A DNA stretch of 63,958 bases, filler included, from Octopus bimaculoides (GCF_001194135.2; 6 parts of 6 records of this genome joined end to end with filler, not necessarily neighbours in it), one strand, 5' to 3'; counted from the whole stretch's first letter, positions 1 to 14,514 are shown. Notes: generated by a model not told the origin, from the letters alone. Program-made: numbers and translations.

Positions 1-221
1 TATATATATATATGTATATGTATGTATATATATGTATATATATGTATATATAAATATGTATGAATATATATATATACATATACACATACTCGCACACATA
101 CGCACGCTCACAAACACATTGACACACGCAGGCATATATATGAAGACATTCAATTCTGCATGCAATTTTGTCAGTATTATACATACGTTTGCTATTTTAA
201 CAATTTTCTCTCTGCTCCTCC

Positions 222-257
<36 letters not shown>

Positions 258-894
258 CACACGCACACCATTCACCCCTCACGCACAGACACAGCCATGC
301 ACATACACGCACAGATACACACCCACGTATGGCAGTACATGAATACAATCATAACACGATATAGTTTCACCATCATTACCATCTACATCTCTCCACCCAC
401 AATTCCACCACCACCACCACTATTCCCTGCCCCGCCGCCACACAACTACCCCTACCCCCAAAATCCCACCCCACTGCTGATGCCACCCACCACCCACTTG
501 CCTCCCAAAACGGTTGATATGATCCATCCGACATTTTTTCCCCTGTAACAAAAACGACATCACCATCAACATCATAGGTGGCAGCAGTGTCTCTCGGTTT
601 CTCTCCGTCGGTCTGTTTCTCTCTCCCTCTCTTTCTCTCTCTCTTTCTCTCAGTCATTCTCTTTGGCCAGTTCAGAACATCCATGGAAACAAGATGGCGT
701 TGAATGACGTTGAATAATTATCAAACTTTGGAGGCAATCAACAAATTAGATTTAGCCATTAGAGAACTCGAGCAGAGCCGTGCCGTGAGCGATCGATCGC
801 CAGATTCCATTGCACAGTCACCAATGATACAAATTACTAGTTGATTAGTAAAGCTCACTGGCTGCCAGCCACCCCTGTTGTTGCAGTTGTTATT

Positions 895-944
<50 letters not shown>

Positions 945-1064
945 TGTTGTTGTTGTCACTAACATATTTTGTTTTATAACTGTTGTTGTTGTTGTTGCTT
1001 TAGTTTTGTTCCATTGTTGTTGTTAACTTCGTTGCTGCTTTTGTTATTATTGTCGTTTGCTTCC

Positions 1065-1119
<55 letters not shown>

Positions 1120-1523
1120 TTGTTCTTATTCTCTCCGTTATTGCTGCTGATGTCCTTTAATTCTTGCTGCGTTTCTTTCTCTTATTATTGCCATTAGCAT
1201 ATTTGTATCGTCATTGTTTTTTGCTGTTGTTGTTGTTGCTGTACTATTTGTTTTGCTATTTGCCGTATTTGTTTTATTTTTGTTGCTATTATCATTTTTG
1301 TTGTTGATGTTGTGCTTGCCATGTTTCTTGTATTACTGCCGTTGTTATTCACATTGATGTGGTTCTTGTTGTTGTTCTTATTGCCACATCTGTTTTGTTG
1401 TTGTTACTCTTCTTTTGTTGTTATTGCTGTTTAGATTAGATGTTGTTCTCGTTGCTATTATATGCATTGTTGCTAAGCTTGTCGTTGTTATTGTTGTTGC
1501 TGTTATAATACTTGCGTGATTGC

Positions 1524-1698
1524 AAGGCGGTGAGCTGGCAGAATCGTTAGCACGCCGGGCGAAATGCTTAACGGTATTTCGTCTGCCGTTACGTTCTGAG
1601 TTCAAATTCCGCCGAAGTTGACTTTACCTTTCATCCTTTCGGGATCGATAAATTAAGTACCACTTACGCACTGGGGTCGATGTAATCGACTTAATCCT
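1524..1698 (+). mobile_element. SINE family A (GGCGGTGAGCTGGCAGAATCGTTAGC head)
   Basis: Pol III B-box-like GAGTTCAAATTCC and body GTCGACTTTRCCTTTCATCCTTTCGGG..AAGTACC. Many copies recur in the window. Confidence 0.8.
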
Positions 1699-2416
1699 TC
1701 ATCAGTTGTCATGGCTACTAACCCCAAGATTCCGAGTTCGATTCCAGGAAGTGTCCTGAATAATAATAATATAATAATAATAATAATAAGTGCAAAAAAA
1801 TCGTGTTATTTGGAACGACTCATGTACTGAGAAGAGCATTANNNNNNNNNNNNNNNNNNNNNNNNNNNNNNNNNNNNNNNNNNNNNNNNNNNNNNNNNNN
1901 NNNNNNNNNNNNNNNNNNNNNNNNNNNNNNNNNNNNNNNNNNNNNNNNNNNNNNNNNNNNNNNNNNNNNNNNNNNNNNNNNNNNNNNNNNNNNNNNNNNN
2001 NNNNNNNNNNNNNNNNNNNNNNNNNNNNNNNNNNNNNNNNNNNNNNNNNNNNNNNNNNNNNNNNNNNNNNNNNNNNNNNNNNNNNNNNNNNNNNNNNNNN
2101 NNNNNNNNNNNNNNNNNNNNNNNNNNNNNNNNNNNNNNNNNNNNNNNNNNNNNNNNNNNNNNNNNNNNNNNNNNNNNNNNNNNNNNNNNNNNNNNNNNNN
2201 NNNNNNNNNNNNNNNNNNNNNNNNNNNNNNNNNNNNNNNNNNNNNNNNNNNNNNNNNNNNNNNNNNNNNNNNNNNNNNNNNNNNNNNNNNNNNNNNNNNN
2301 NNNNNNNNNNNNNNNNNNNNNNNNNNNNNNNNNNNNNNNNNNNNNNNNNNNNNNNNNNNNNNNNNNNNNNNNNNNNNNNNNNNNNNNNNNNNNNNNNNNN
2401 NNNNNNNNNNNNNNNN

Positions 2417-2491
<75 letters not shown>

Positions 2492-2842
2492 CCTATCCAT
2501 CTCTCTATACGTCTCTCTCTCTATGTCTCTTTGTATATCTGTATATATCAGTCAGACTATTTATCTATTTACTAATCTAACGAACTATCTATGCATCCCT
2601 ATAAGTACATACACAGAACTGCATACGCACTTACACATACACTCACAAACATGGCTATACGCGTCTATAAACAGACATGCCAAAATGCCGACATACATGT
2701 CTCATACGTCTGATAAGAGAACACATTCACACACACACACACACACACACAAACGCACCCCTCACAAACATCCCTCTTTATTTAGCAAACACTTTTAAGC
2801 ACATACAAACGGATTTCATACATGTACGTACGTATATATGTA

Positions 2843-2873
<31 letters not shown>

Positions 2874-3002
2874 ATGTATGTATGTATGTATGTATGTATG
2901 TATATACATATATATACACGTGTATGCATTATATTTCTATATACATTCATATGACCAAATATGTAAACATATTTATACATATAATATACACTGCATATAC
3001 TT

Positions 3003-3055
<53 letters not shown>

Positions 3056-4426
3056 ATATATATATACATATATATACATATATAAAGTATAGATATGTAC
3101 TTTATATACACATGTACATATATGAATGTTATATATAAACTATAGTACAATATAATATATAATATACAGGTGTATATATATGCTTGTATATATGTGCAAA
3201 AGCATAGAAATGTGCTTCATAATTTTCATAATGTGTGTGTGTGTATTCAAATACACACACTTTACTAAAATTATGAAGCACATTTCTATTCTTATGTATA
3301 CACATATATATATGACATATATATGTATGTTTGAATGTATGTATGTATACAAATACATTCGCCTAAGTATATTTCTGATTACAATATGAATATATATATG
3401 TATGTAAATATATATATATNNNNNNNNNNNNNNNNNNNNNNNNNNNNNNNNNNNNNNNNNNNNNNNNNNNNNNNNNNNNNNNNNNNNNNNNNNNNNNNNN
3501 NNNNNNNNNNNNNNNNNNNNNNNNNNNNNNNNNNNNNNNNNNNNNNNNNNNNNNNNNNNNNNNNNNNNNNNNNNNNNNNNNNNNNNNNNNNNNNNNNNNN
3601 NNNNNNNNNNNNNNNNNNNNNNNNNNNNNNNNNNNNNNNNNNNNNNNNNNNNNNNNNNNNNNNNNNNNNNNNNNNNNNNNNNNNNNNNNNNNNNNNNNNN
3701 NNNNNNNNNNNNTATATTTGTAAACACACATACACACGCTCATACACACAGACTCATGCACACACGAACAAGCACGCATACACACACACACTTACATACA
3801 CATGTCGGCAGTTGAAAGTCTGACATTATCGCAAAACTGATGTAAACTGATGTAAACTGTGCGTGGAACTGCCCGGATGTAACGACGCCGAAAACAGGAA
3901 AAATGGCGTCAGTGATGCAACATTGGCTAAATTTTTATAGATTACAAATACACACACACACTAATACAGACATCCATATGCACATAGACATATATATCTG
4001 TACATGTAAGTGCTGTGTGATATCTTTAGAGTAACATGTCCAGTCCATAGAGAATTAAGAACTCAAAGTCTTTGGACTGTTTGTCATATTTTATCGAAGT
4101 ATTGCAACAACAAAAGTTACGTTGTTGAATATAATTTCATACATAAATTCATGCAGGGATTCACGGAAAACATTCTACATGCGTACTTGAGAAAAAATAC
4201 ATAGCTTATTGCGGCAATCAACTCAAAATTAAAGCCTTACATGGATTACGGAAGTGTTTATATCTCATTATATCTCATTATATCTGTAATATCTTCAGCA
4301 CAAAAGACGGGAAAGATCACATGACCACATGCATAGCCTGCGCAAAACTAAAACTAAAGGACGTTAACGATATGTATTGTTGCCATATAGAAGTGAATAC
4401 ATACGTACATACATTTATGTATGCTG

Positions 4427-4465
<39 letters not shown>

Positions 4466-5626
4466 ATGCGTGTGTATGTGTGTAAGGGGAGCTTTATGCT
4501 TGTGTGTGTGTGTGTTATTTTCCACCACCAGTCACCGTTTTGCAACCGGTATTGTTTTGTTTACATCACCGCAACTTAACGTTTCGGCAGAAATGAACAA
4601 TAGAATAAGAGTCAAACATGAAAAAAAAGCAACCTAAATAAATGTAAATATTGGGGTCAGTTGGGTTCGTCTATTACCTCGCAAGGCAAAGCCCCAGTAT
4701 GGCCGCAGTCCAATGACTGAAACAAATGAAGAATAAACGACAAAGATGAAATATATTTAAACCTGAAAATAAAATTAAAAAAAAATATTTTTAAATGTCT
4801 CGTAGAATCGTATAGAATGCTGTGATATAATTCTAATTGTTAATTAGGTATATGAACATCGAATTCTTACAGCTAATTAATTTTAAATTAAGTATAAATA
4901 TCTAACTGTTATTAGAGGATATGTTGGCTCCACAGCATGTAGCTCGCTCTTTGCCAGTCTATTGTGTCAGGCACACAGAGAGCGGTGCAAAGTCACGCTT
5001 CTTGTTATAATGTCTAACCCAGCAAGACATCTACCATATCAGACTTCACAGTTATGTTTAGCACATCTAGTAAACTATAAGGTTGTGATTCTAAGTTAAA
5101 ATGAGAATTAATACGAAGAGAGAAATTATAATGTTTAATTATTTATTACTGGTAATGGTTATTGGCGAAACAAACTCTACTTGTTTGGTCTCCTGTCTCT
5201 GGGTTTTTTTTTTTCAGTTATAGTGGTTGGTAATCATGGTTTCAGATTTTGGTATACGGCCATTGGTTTTAGGGGGAGAGGCAAAAGAAGTTGTACTTGA
5301 TTGGTACTTGTTTTTAGAGAGAGAATAGAGGCAGAGAGGTAGTGAAAGAGCACGGGAGAGAAAGAGAGACTGAGAAAGACTGAGAGATAAAGACATAGAA
5401 ACGAAGATAGAGTGAAAGAAAGAGAGAGTGAGAGATAGAGAAGAGGGAGAGAGAGAGAAAAAAGCTGGGAACCGAAGGAAGGGAAGGAGTGTATTAATAG
5501 ATTATGCAGAGGCTAAAGATAAAAGACGAGAAAGGAAAAGAGACAAGGTTATAGTAAAGAAAAGGAAGAAAAAAGTAAAAGGAAAAAGCGAGCCATACAT
5601 AGAGAGAGAAGGAGAGAGAGAAAGAA

Positions 5627-5664
<38 letters not shown>

Positions 5665-7651
5665 NNNNNNNNNNNNNNNNNNNNNNNNNNNNNNNNNNNN
5701 NNNNNNNNNNNNNNNNNNNNNNNNNNNNNNNNNNNNNNNNNNNNNNNNNNNNNNNNNNNNNNNNNNNNNNNNNNNNNNNNNNNNNNNNNNNNNNNNNNNN
5801 NNNNNNNNNNNNNNNNNNNNNNNNNNNNNNNNNNNNNNNNNNNNNNNNNNNNNNNNNNNNNNNNNNNNNNNNNNNNNNNNNNNNNNNNNNNNNNNNNNNN
5901 NNNNNNNNNNNNNNNNNNNNNNNNNNNNNNNNNNNNNNNNNNNNNNNNNNNNNNNNNNNNNNNNNNNNNNNNNNNNNNNNNNNNNNNNNNNNNNNNNNNN
6001 NNNNNNNNNNNNNNNNNNNNNNNNNNNNNNNNNNNNNNNNNNNNNNNNNNNNNNNNNNNNNNNNNNNNNNNNNNNNNNNNNNNNNNNNNNNNNNNNNNNN
6101 NNNNNNNNNNNNNNNNNNNNNNNNNNNNNNNNNNNNNNNNNNNNNNNNNNNNNNNNNNNNNNNNNNNNNNNNNNNNNNNNNNNNNNNNNNNNNNNNNNNN
6201 NNNNNNNNNNNNNNNNNNNNNNNNNNNNNNNNNNNNNNNNNNNNNNNNNNNNNNNNNNNNNNNNNNNNNNNNNNNNNNNNNNNNNNNNNNNNNNNNNNNN
6301 NNNNNNNNNNNNNNNNNNNNNNNNNNNNNNNNNNNNNNNNNNNNNNNNNNNNNNNNNNNNNNNNNNNNNNNNNNNNNNNNNNNNNNNNNNNNNNATATGT
6401 ATATCTGCTTTTAAAGGAACTTACTGTATATATCTTTTGTCTTTTACTTGTTTCAGTCGTTGAATTGTGGCCATGCAGGGGCACCGCCTTGAAGAATTTT
6501 TAATAGAATGAATTGGCTCGAGTACTACGACACCGATCGTCAAGCAGAGCAGCGAGGGCAAAGACAAGCACACACACACACACACATACACACACACACA
6601 CACACACAAAGGTATACGACAGGCTTCTTCAATTTCCTCCTAACAAATCCACTCACAAGACTTTCGTCGGCCCAAGGCAATAGTTGAAAACGCTTGCCGA
6701 AGATGAGACTGAACTTGGAACCATGTGGCTGGGAAGCCGACTTTTTATCACACAGCCACGCCTTGCTGGACATTTTTTTTAATTAAAATCACACAATGAC
6801 TACTCTCAGCATTTAGTTATATATTCTTCGTTGTTTACCCATATTCCTATTTGTGCGTTCATGTGTTTGTGAGTGTGTGTGTATGTGTATATGTGTGTGT
6901 GTGTTTGTGTGCGCGCGTGGATGTACAAGTATGTATACACGAGTGTAGGATTGTTTGAAATATATATCTATATTCCCCTGTTGGAGGGCAATAACACGAA
7001 ACATCGTAGTGACTGCGAAGTTCTTGTACTCCTTGAAGGTCATGTGATTATTATTAGTAAACATTCGAATGACCTAAGACTATATTCCTCTATAGAAGAC
7101 ACGAATTTATCTTGGAAACACGACGTGCAGATTTAATGGGAGTGAGATGAGATCTTTCAAAATACAATCTTGATGCTTTCCTAACCAAGACGTTGGGGCC
7201 AAACCCTCAGATATACACCTTACAACAATGGCGTATTTGTTATATTTGTTTAAATATACAAGTCTTACATCGGTTAAATAAATTTATCATAATCTTCATC
7301 AAATTCTCTATATTTAACACACAATTTCACATACTTTCTTATACATCAGCATCTCCAAATCAACAAACACGACGCACAGACACGCACACATATGCACACG
7401 CAGGCGTATACACGCATATATACAGGCGTGTACGCATAAACATACATGCATACATACATGCATACATACATGNNNNNNNNNNNNNNNNNNNNNNNNNNNN
7501 NNNNNNNNNNNNNNNNNNNNNNNNNNNNNNNNNNNNNNNNNNNNNNNNNNNNNNNNNNNNNNNNNNNNNNNNNNNNNNNNNNNNNNNNNNNNNNNNNNNN
7601 NNNNNNNNNNNNNNNNNNNNNNNNNNNNNNNNNNNNNNNNNNNNNNNNNNN

Positions 7652-7688
<37 letters not shown>

Positions 7689-8698
7689 TACACATATATA
7701 TGTATGCATGCATGTATGTATATATGTATATATATATAAATATATATGATTATATATATAATTATAATAATAAGGGCACTAACGAGTAGGGCCACATGCT
7801 GGAGATAGATGCTAAATGGCGCTAAGAACTGCGCGTTATTATAATCATATATACTTGTATTAGATATTACTTATACATGCCGACTACTTGATACATGTAT
7901 ATATATATATATATATATGATATATACATATATATGTATAGAGATATACGTACACACACGATCTACCAGGATCTTCTACAGGTATATTACTGCTTGTCTT
8001 TCATGCCTTCACTCGAAGAAATTGGGCCTCAGTTCCTTTACACTCTCCAAGTAGCGCATATGTTGCACCGAGTCAATCTTCTCTGTGTAGTGGCACTAGA
8101 TTTCTGAGAATTCTGGCCTTAATCCTAGGCTCTGCGACGACCATTTTTGGAAACCGTAATGCAACCGACTAAGAAATAAAATTCTTTATACGTGTAACAC
8201 GGTCTCCTTTTACCTGGTTCTAAATGATCTCGAAATCCAACCAACCCACTTACCTGCACGGTGTTTGCCATGATGGTATTAGGCACATGGAATATTGCAT
8301 CATTACTCACGTACATTTGCAGGTCACGCAAAGAGTTTGACTCTGCTCTTGCACTACTCTCTGGTCCTATGATGCATCTACAAGAAAAAAAAAACATTCA
8401 GTAAATGGATCAGAATAATGCATAAAACTATAGAATGAGGAGACTTGAATCCACTGAAAGAATTTATGAATAAAACAAGATATATATACATATATATATG
8501 TATATATATTGATAGGCATATAGGTAACTACCTTTCTACATACCTACCTATACACATATAGATGCATACATACAAACATTCAAATAATATATATGTATAT
8601 GTATGTATGTATGTATGTATGAATGTATGTATATATATATAGATAAATACACAAGCACAAACACTTTCATTGAACAAGATACACACACACACACACAT

Positions 8699-8729
<31 letters not shown>

Positions 8730-8846
8730 CACATACATACATACATAGACATGACATAAAAAGTGTCCATGAATGAAACATGTATGGCCACAGTGGCAGT
8801 GACACGATTTACAGAGATGCACTCTCAGCATCGTACGTAAATAGGC

Positions 8847-8901
<55 letters not shown>

Positions 8902-9197
8902 TAGAGAGAGAGACAGACAGAGACAGAGGGACGGACAAGGAGACGGACAGAATGATAAGTTATGTGCATGGAAATATAGACATAAACACATATATCAAAA
9001 TCTGCAAAAATATGGCGACACACTTACATGCATTTATTATTAGAAGCGCGCGCACACAAACACACACACAAACACATTCACATGTATCTGTAGATATGTG
9101 TGCCTGTGTGTGTGTATGTGTGCATGTGTGTGTATGTGCGTGTGCAAGTGTGCTTCAGTTTGTGTGTCTGTGTATGCATATATACACACATGCGTAC

Positions 9198-9229
<32 letters not shown>

Positions 9230-10020
9230 GTGTGTGTATGTACATATATATATATACAAAAAACACACACATATATGTATGTATGAATGTATTTACGCAT
9301 TTATGTATAGTGATTTTATGTGATACACAAACACACATACACACACACATGCACACACATGCACACACACATGTATATATATATATACATACACACACAC
9401 TCGCACACAAATATACACACACACACGAATATATATGCATACATACACACACTCGCACACATACACCCCGCCACACACACACACACACGGTAATATATAA
9501 AAATACACATATGCGCATAAACTTGTGTGTGAATCCTTACATATTTCCGATAACGTCGAAAATTCTAGAAATAAGCATTTCTTAGGTTGAAAGCCTAAAA
9601 ACACATTTAAAAAGATGAGAAATGGAAGAAGAGAAAAGAGTTTATTTTGGGACAGGCTTGGAATAAGGTATTTTGATGTCTACAGACACTAGCATACACG
9701 CACATACACACACATACGTGCATACATATTACACATGTGTGTGTGTGAGTGCACATATATATATATATATATATATATATANNNNNNNNNNNNNNNNNNN
9801 NNNNNNNNNNNNNNNNNNNNNNNNNNNNNNNNNNNNNNNNNNNNNNNNNNNNNNNNNNNNNNNNNNNNNNNNNNNNNNNNNNNNNNNNNNNNNNNNNNNN
9901 NNNNNNNNNNNNNNNNNNNNNNNNNNNNNNNNNNNNNNNNNNNNNNNNNNNNNNNNNNNNNNNNNNNNNNNNNNNNNNNNNNNNNNNNNNNNNNNNNNNN
10001 NNNNNNNNNNNNNNNNNNNN

Positions 10021-10055
<35 letters not shown>

Positions 10056-10407
10056 TGTATATATATATTAATAAATATGTGTATGTGTATACATGTATAA
10101 TATATATATATGTATATGTATATATACATGTATATATATATATATATGTGTATACAGGCATACATAGAAAAGTACATAAATATATACACACACAGATATA
10201 TATATATATATAGAAATAGATATATACATATCTGTTTATACACATATGTGTGTGTGTGTAGACACAGAAGTATATTAATACATACATGTATGTATATTAA
10301 TATATTTGCATATATATATGCATATTTATATATACAAATATATACGTATATGGATATATATATATACATACACAGGCAGACACACAGGCACACTCAGACA
10401 CACGCAG

Positions 10408-10448
<41 letters not shown>

Positions 10449-10910
10449 AACATACACACATATATATATGTACCCACGTACACATGCATGGCCCATATTT
10501 ACGTAGTTAAACTTTTATATCCATGCGAAGTATATTCACACACACACACATACACACACAAACACACACACGTGCACACACACACACACACACGCACACT
10601 TCCATACAAACTCCTACTCTCATCTACATTCACACACTGACACACATTGACACACATTGACACACACGGATTCACACACACACACACTCAACCATATGTC
10701 TCATTAAAGAGAGAGAGGGATAGAGAGAGGATAGAATAGATCCACAGACTTCGCATATTCTAACAGTTATTGGCAGATTGGTTGCACAGAAAGAAGAAGA
10801 AGGCAGAAGATTCTGTGCAGCAGATTTTTCTCTGCTCACCTGTTTACTGTTAGAGTGCTTTTGTGTACACACGTTGCAGAAGTAATCTGCACACACCAGA
10901 CATACGTCTC

Positions 10911-10966
<56 letters not shown>

Positions 10967-11472
10967 NNNNNNNNNNNNNNNNNNNNNNNNNNNNNNNNNN
11001 NNNNNNNNNNNNNNNNNNNNNNNNNNNNNNNNNNNNNNNNNNNNNNNNNNNNNNNNNNNNNNNNNNNNNNNNNNNNNNNNNNNNNNNNNNNNNNNNNNNN
11101 NNNNNNNNNNNNNNNNNNNNNNNNNNNNNNNNNNNNNNNNNNNNNNNNNNNNNNNNNNNNNNNNNNNNNNNNNNNNNNNNNNNNNNNNNNNNNNNNNNNN
11201 NNNNNNNNNNNNNNNNNNNNNNNNNNNNNNNNNNNNNNNNNNNNNNNNNNNNNNNNNNNNNNNNNNNNNNNNNNNNNNNNNNNNNNNNNNNNNNNNNNNN
11301 NNNNNNNNNNNNNNNNNNNNNNNNNNNNNNNNNNNNNNNNNNNNNNNNNNNNNNNNNNNNNNNNNNNNNNNNNNNNNNNNNNNNNNNNNNNNNNNNNNNN
11401 NNNNNNNNNNNNNNNNNNNNNNNNNNNNNNNNNNNNNNNNNNNNNNNNNNNNNNNNNNNNNNNNNNNNNNNN

Positions 11473-11506
<34 letters not shown>

Positions 11507-12515
11507 ATCTGGGGAGAGTCATTCTTTTTTAATGCCTTATTAATTAGCACACCCATACACACACACAAACACACACACACACACACACACACATAATATT
11601 ATTGGTGTCTGGGGAGAGTCATTCTGTTTTAATGTCTTTTTAATTAACACACCCACCGGTTCGATTTCCACTCGTTTACTTTTTTTTTTCTGAACTGTAT
11701 GTATGTACGTGTGTGTGTTTGTGTGTGTGCGTGTGTATAAGTACATTGAAGAACCCTCTAAGTGTCGAGAATCGATTAAACCATCTTAACATATTTATTT
11801 TCAAGTTACGAAGATATAGTTAAATTTGACATTTGTTTATCTACTTCTAGAATCTACCTACATACAAACACACGCACCCAGCATATACAAGCGTTTATTT
11901 TTATACGTTTTTATGTGGAGGCAGGCCCTTCTCCAATATTGTATTTCTGTCCGAGGTACTTGCGTGAAGAAAAAAACTAACGCACTGCAGTTGCGTGTAT
12001 GATTCGAGTATTCATTTAGTAGTTGCCGTTTTGAGGAGTCAAAATCTACAACTGTACCTGAGTTACCAATATCTTACTCGTTCTTTAGTTGTTGTGCAGC
12101 CTTGGTCCAAGAACTAATAGAAAAAAAAAGACCATCTAACTGTGACAAACCTGTCTGTGTTTTACGTTTACAATTGAAATATCCAAATACACCGGTTTCT
12201 TTAATATGTCACAGTGAGTGTAAGATTGAGGGTTGATTAACTTGCCATATCTAGTAGGTTGAGTTGAGGCTATTTTGTTTGTACCTGTCTCATGCATGTA
12301 AAATAATTTCTGACTGAGATCGGGGAAATGTAAAACTATGTCAGGGTTCAATCTTAGTGCAAGGAAATATAACGTCCCGTTAATTTTTTTTTTTTTNNNN
12401 NNNNNNATATATATATATATGTGTGTGTGTGTATGTGTGTGTATGTATGTATATATGTATGTATATATGCATGTAAGTGTATATATATTAATATACATAG
12501 ATCTACAAGTGCATG

Positions 12516-12563
<48 letters not shown>

Positions 12564-12711
12564 CACACACACACATATGAATAATGTAAACTTGTGCTTA
12601 TGTATATCATATGCATGAATCAATATTTCTATAGCCGCATATATTATACACACACATACACACACATACACACATACACACACGCACATATATGTGAATG
12701 ATGTATGTATG

Positions 12712-12760
<49 letters not shown>

Positions 12761-13521
12761 GCATATATATATACATACAGATATGTATAAAGATAAATAC
12801 ATCTATACATAGACATGAATAATTTTTATATCTCTCTGTCTATCAGTATAGTGGTTGTTTCTGTGTTGGGGCGAGGTTGGGCATTATGCATGCAATGAAA
12901 TATGCGTAAGTACGTGGTCCTCGTACGAAAGGAACGGTGGACAATGCATGATTTAATATGATAATATGTGTGTATATATATGTATATAGATAAATATGTA
13001 TATAGATAAATATATATATATATATATATGTCTATGTGCATGTATGTATGTATGTATGTATGTATGCTTGTATGTATGTATACATGCATGCATGCATGCA
13101 TGCAGATGCGCAAATATTGAATGCAAAAATATTCATAGGTATCTATGCGTGTGAGAGGAAGTTTGGATAACGAAAATCGAACGATAATAAAAAAACGCCG
13201 AAGGAAATAAAATTCTAAAAAAAAAAAAAATAGAACTACGTGAAGGAAACCACACACGTAATACAAAACACACACACAAACAGATACACAGACGCACACA
13301 CACACACATACACATACACGATCAAGCACGCACACGCACGCACATAAAAAACACACATACAAACATACTAAAAAAAAGGCACATACAGATATCTGTGTCT
13401 GTTTGTATCTGTCTATAGGCATATATTTATATACGCATATACAAATATATATGTATACATACATCCGTACATACGTACATACACACAGGCACACACACAC
13501 AAATGCACAACCACATACATT

Positions 13522-13552
<31 letters not shown>

Positions 13553-13652
13553 NNNNNNNNNNNNNNNNNNNNNNNNNNNNNNNNNNNNNNNNNNNNTTAA
13601 TTAATTAANNNNNNNNNNNNNNNNNNNNNNNNNNNNNNNNNNNNNNNNNNNN
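13553..13652. other. Scaffold-join spacer N44-TTAATTAATTAA-N44. Also at 24630-24729, 52894-52993, 58734-58833 and 61969-62068
   Basis: The same 12-mer (stops in all six frames) is centred in five 100-bp gaps. This is an assembly artefact, not biology. Confidence 0.95.
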
Positions 13653-13830
13653 CATAAGGGCCGGTTTCCCGGTTTCCATGACGCATAAATTCCCCACCTG
13701 GATGGAACGCCAGTCCCTCGCAGGATTAACTCATTTTCGCCAGCTGGGTGGAGTGGAGCAACGTGAAATGAAGTGTTTTGCTCAAGAACACAACACGTCG
13801 CCCGAATGTAACAAAAACATCTTTACCTGA

Positions 13831-13890
13831 TTATTCCGGAGCATATTCACCATCCACTTCAATTACTGCTTCCCATTTGCTTGGCAGACG
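13831..13890 (-). mobile_element. Mariner transposase C-terminal remnant
   Basis: RLPSKWEAVIEVDGEYAPE* fits the mariner L-P-x-R/K-W-x-x-hydrophobic-hydrophobic-x-x-x-G-x-Y-x-x-stop terminus. Confidence 0.6.
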
Positions 13891-14027
13891 GGCAGACCGT
13901 CATTTAAAGAGGTTTTTGTTAAATATTGTTATTGTTTTTGCTGAATAAATTGTGTTGAAAAAAAGCCACAATAATTATGCACCAATCCAATATGGATGGA
14001 TGGATGGATGGATGAGAGACAGATATA

Positions 14028-14132
14028 CGCGTGTGAGTCTGAGAGGGGAATATGTTGGATAAAATCATAATTAACTGATTCTCCTGTATTTTCTTTTACC
14101 CAAAGCCAGGAACTTTTCAGCACCCTCTCGTA
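14028..14132 (-). mobile_element. Half copy of the same mariner-type MITE
   Basis: Reverse complement of the 5' end of the 17386 element (TACGAGAGGGTGCTGAAAAGTTCCTGGCTTTGGGTAAAAGAAAATACAGGAG). Confidence 0.7.
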
Positions 14133-14250
14133 TGTATGTATGTATGCATGTATGTATGCATGTATGTATGTATCTACGTATACACAACCACGAGTGAAGA
14201 TCTACAATTATGATGATGATGATGATGACGACGACGACGACGACGACGAC

Positions 14251-14291
<41 letters not shown>

Positions 14292-14514
14292 CATTTGAAC
14301 ACACATAGTGGTGCCCTATGAATGGTCACGACCTAAGTTAGAGTATCAAAATAATCTTCCTGCTGGGTACCTTGTGATATTGGCTCATAAAGTCCTAAAG
14401 GACCAGGCAGGAGCCAAATATTCAGTTATGGATTCACACCCCGGGGGCCTTCGGGACGGAGCCAAGACAGTAAGGGTAGCACGTGTTATGAAGTCATGGC
14501 ATATGCAGACTCAC

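Noticed and set aside
870-1520. Poly-Q/N/T/A coding exon
   Set aside because: Degenerate trinucleotide repeats with stops in every frame and no splice sites.
6975-7010. Hammerhead-like CTGTTGGA...CACGAAACATCGTAGTG
   Set aside because: Too many core mismatches and no stem I.
11497-11656. 55-bp direct repeat (11497-11556 and 11600-11656)
   Set aside because: Two diverged copies of a short repeat fragment beside a gap and microsatellite, with no structure or coding signal.
8254-12353. Mab-21/cGAS-like nucleotidyltransferase from DLQMYVSND and MHETGT...RYGKL
   Set aside because: The resemblance is superficial: no GS-x-x-EG or D-x-D motif, the segments are in the wrong order, and their phases do not join.
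12846-12909. Plus-strand mini-exon YSGCFCVGARLGIMHAMKY ending at a GTAAGT donor
   Set aside because: Its phase does not join the 12089-12213 candidate and the peptide is unrecognised, so support is insufficient.
13597-13608. Regularly recurring TTAATTAATTAA motif as a biological element
   Set aside because: It is always centred in exactly 100 bp of N, so it is an assembly linker.
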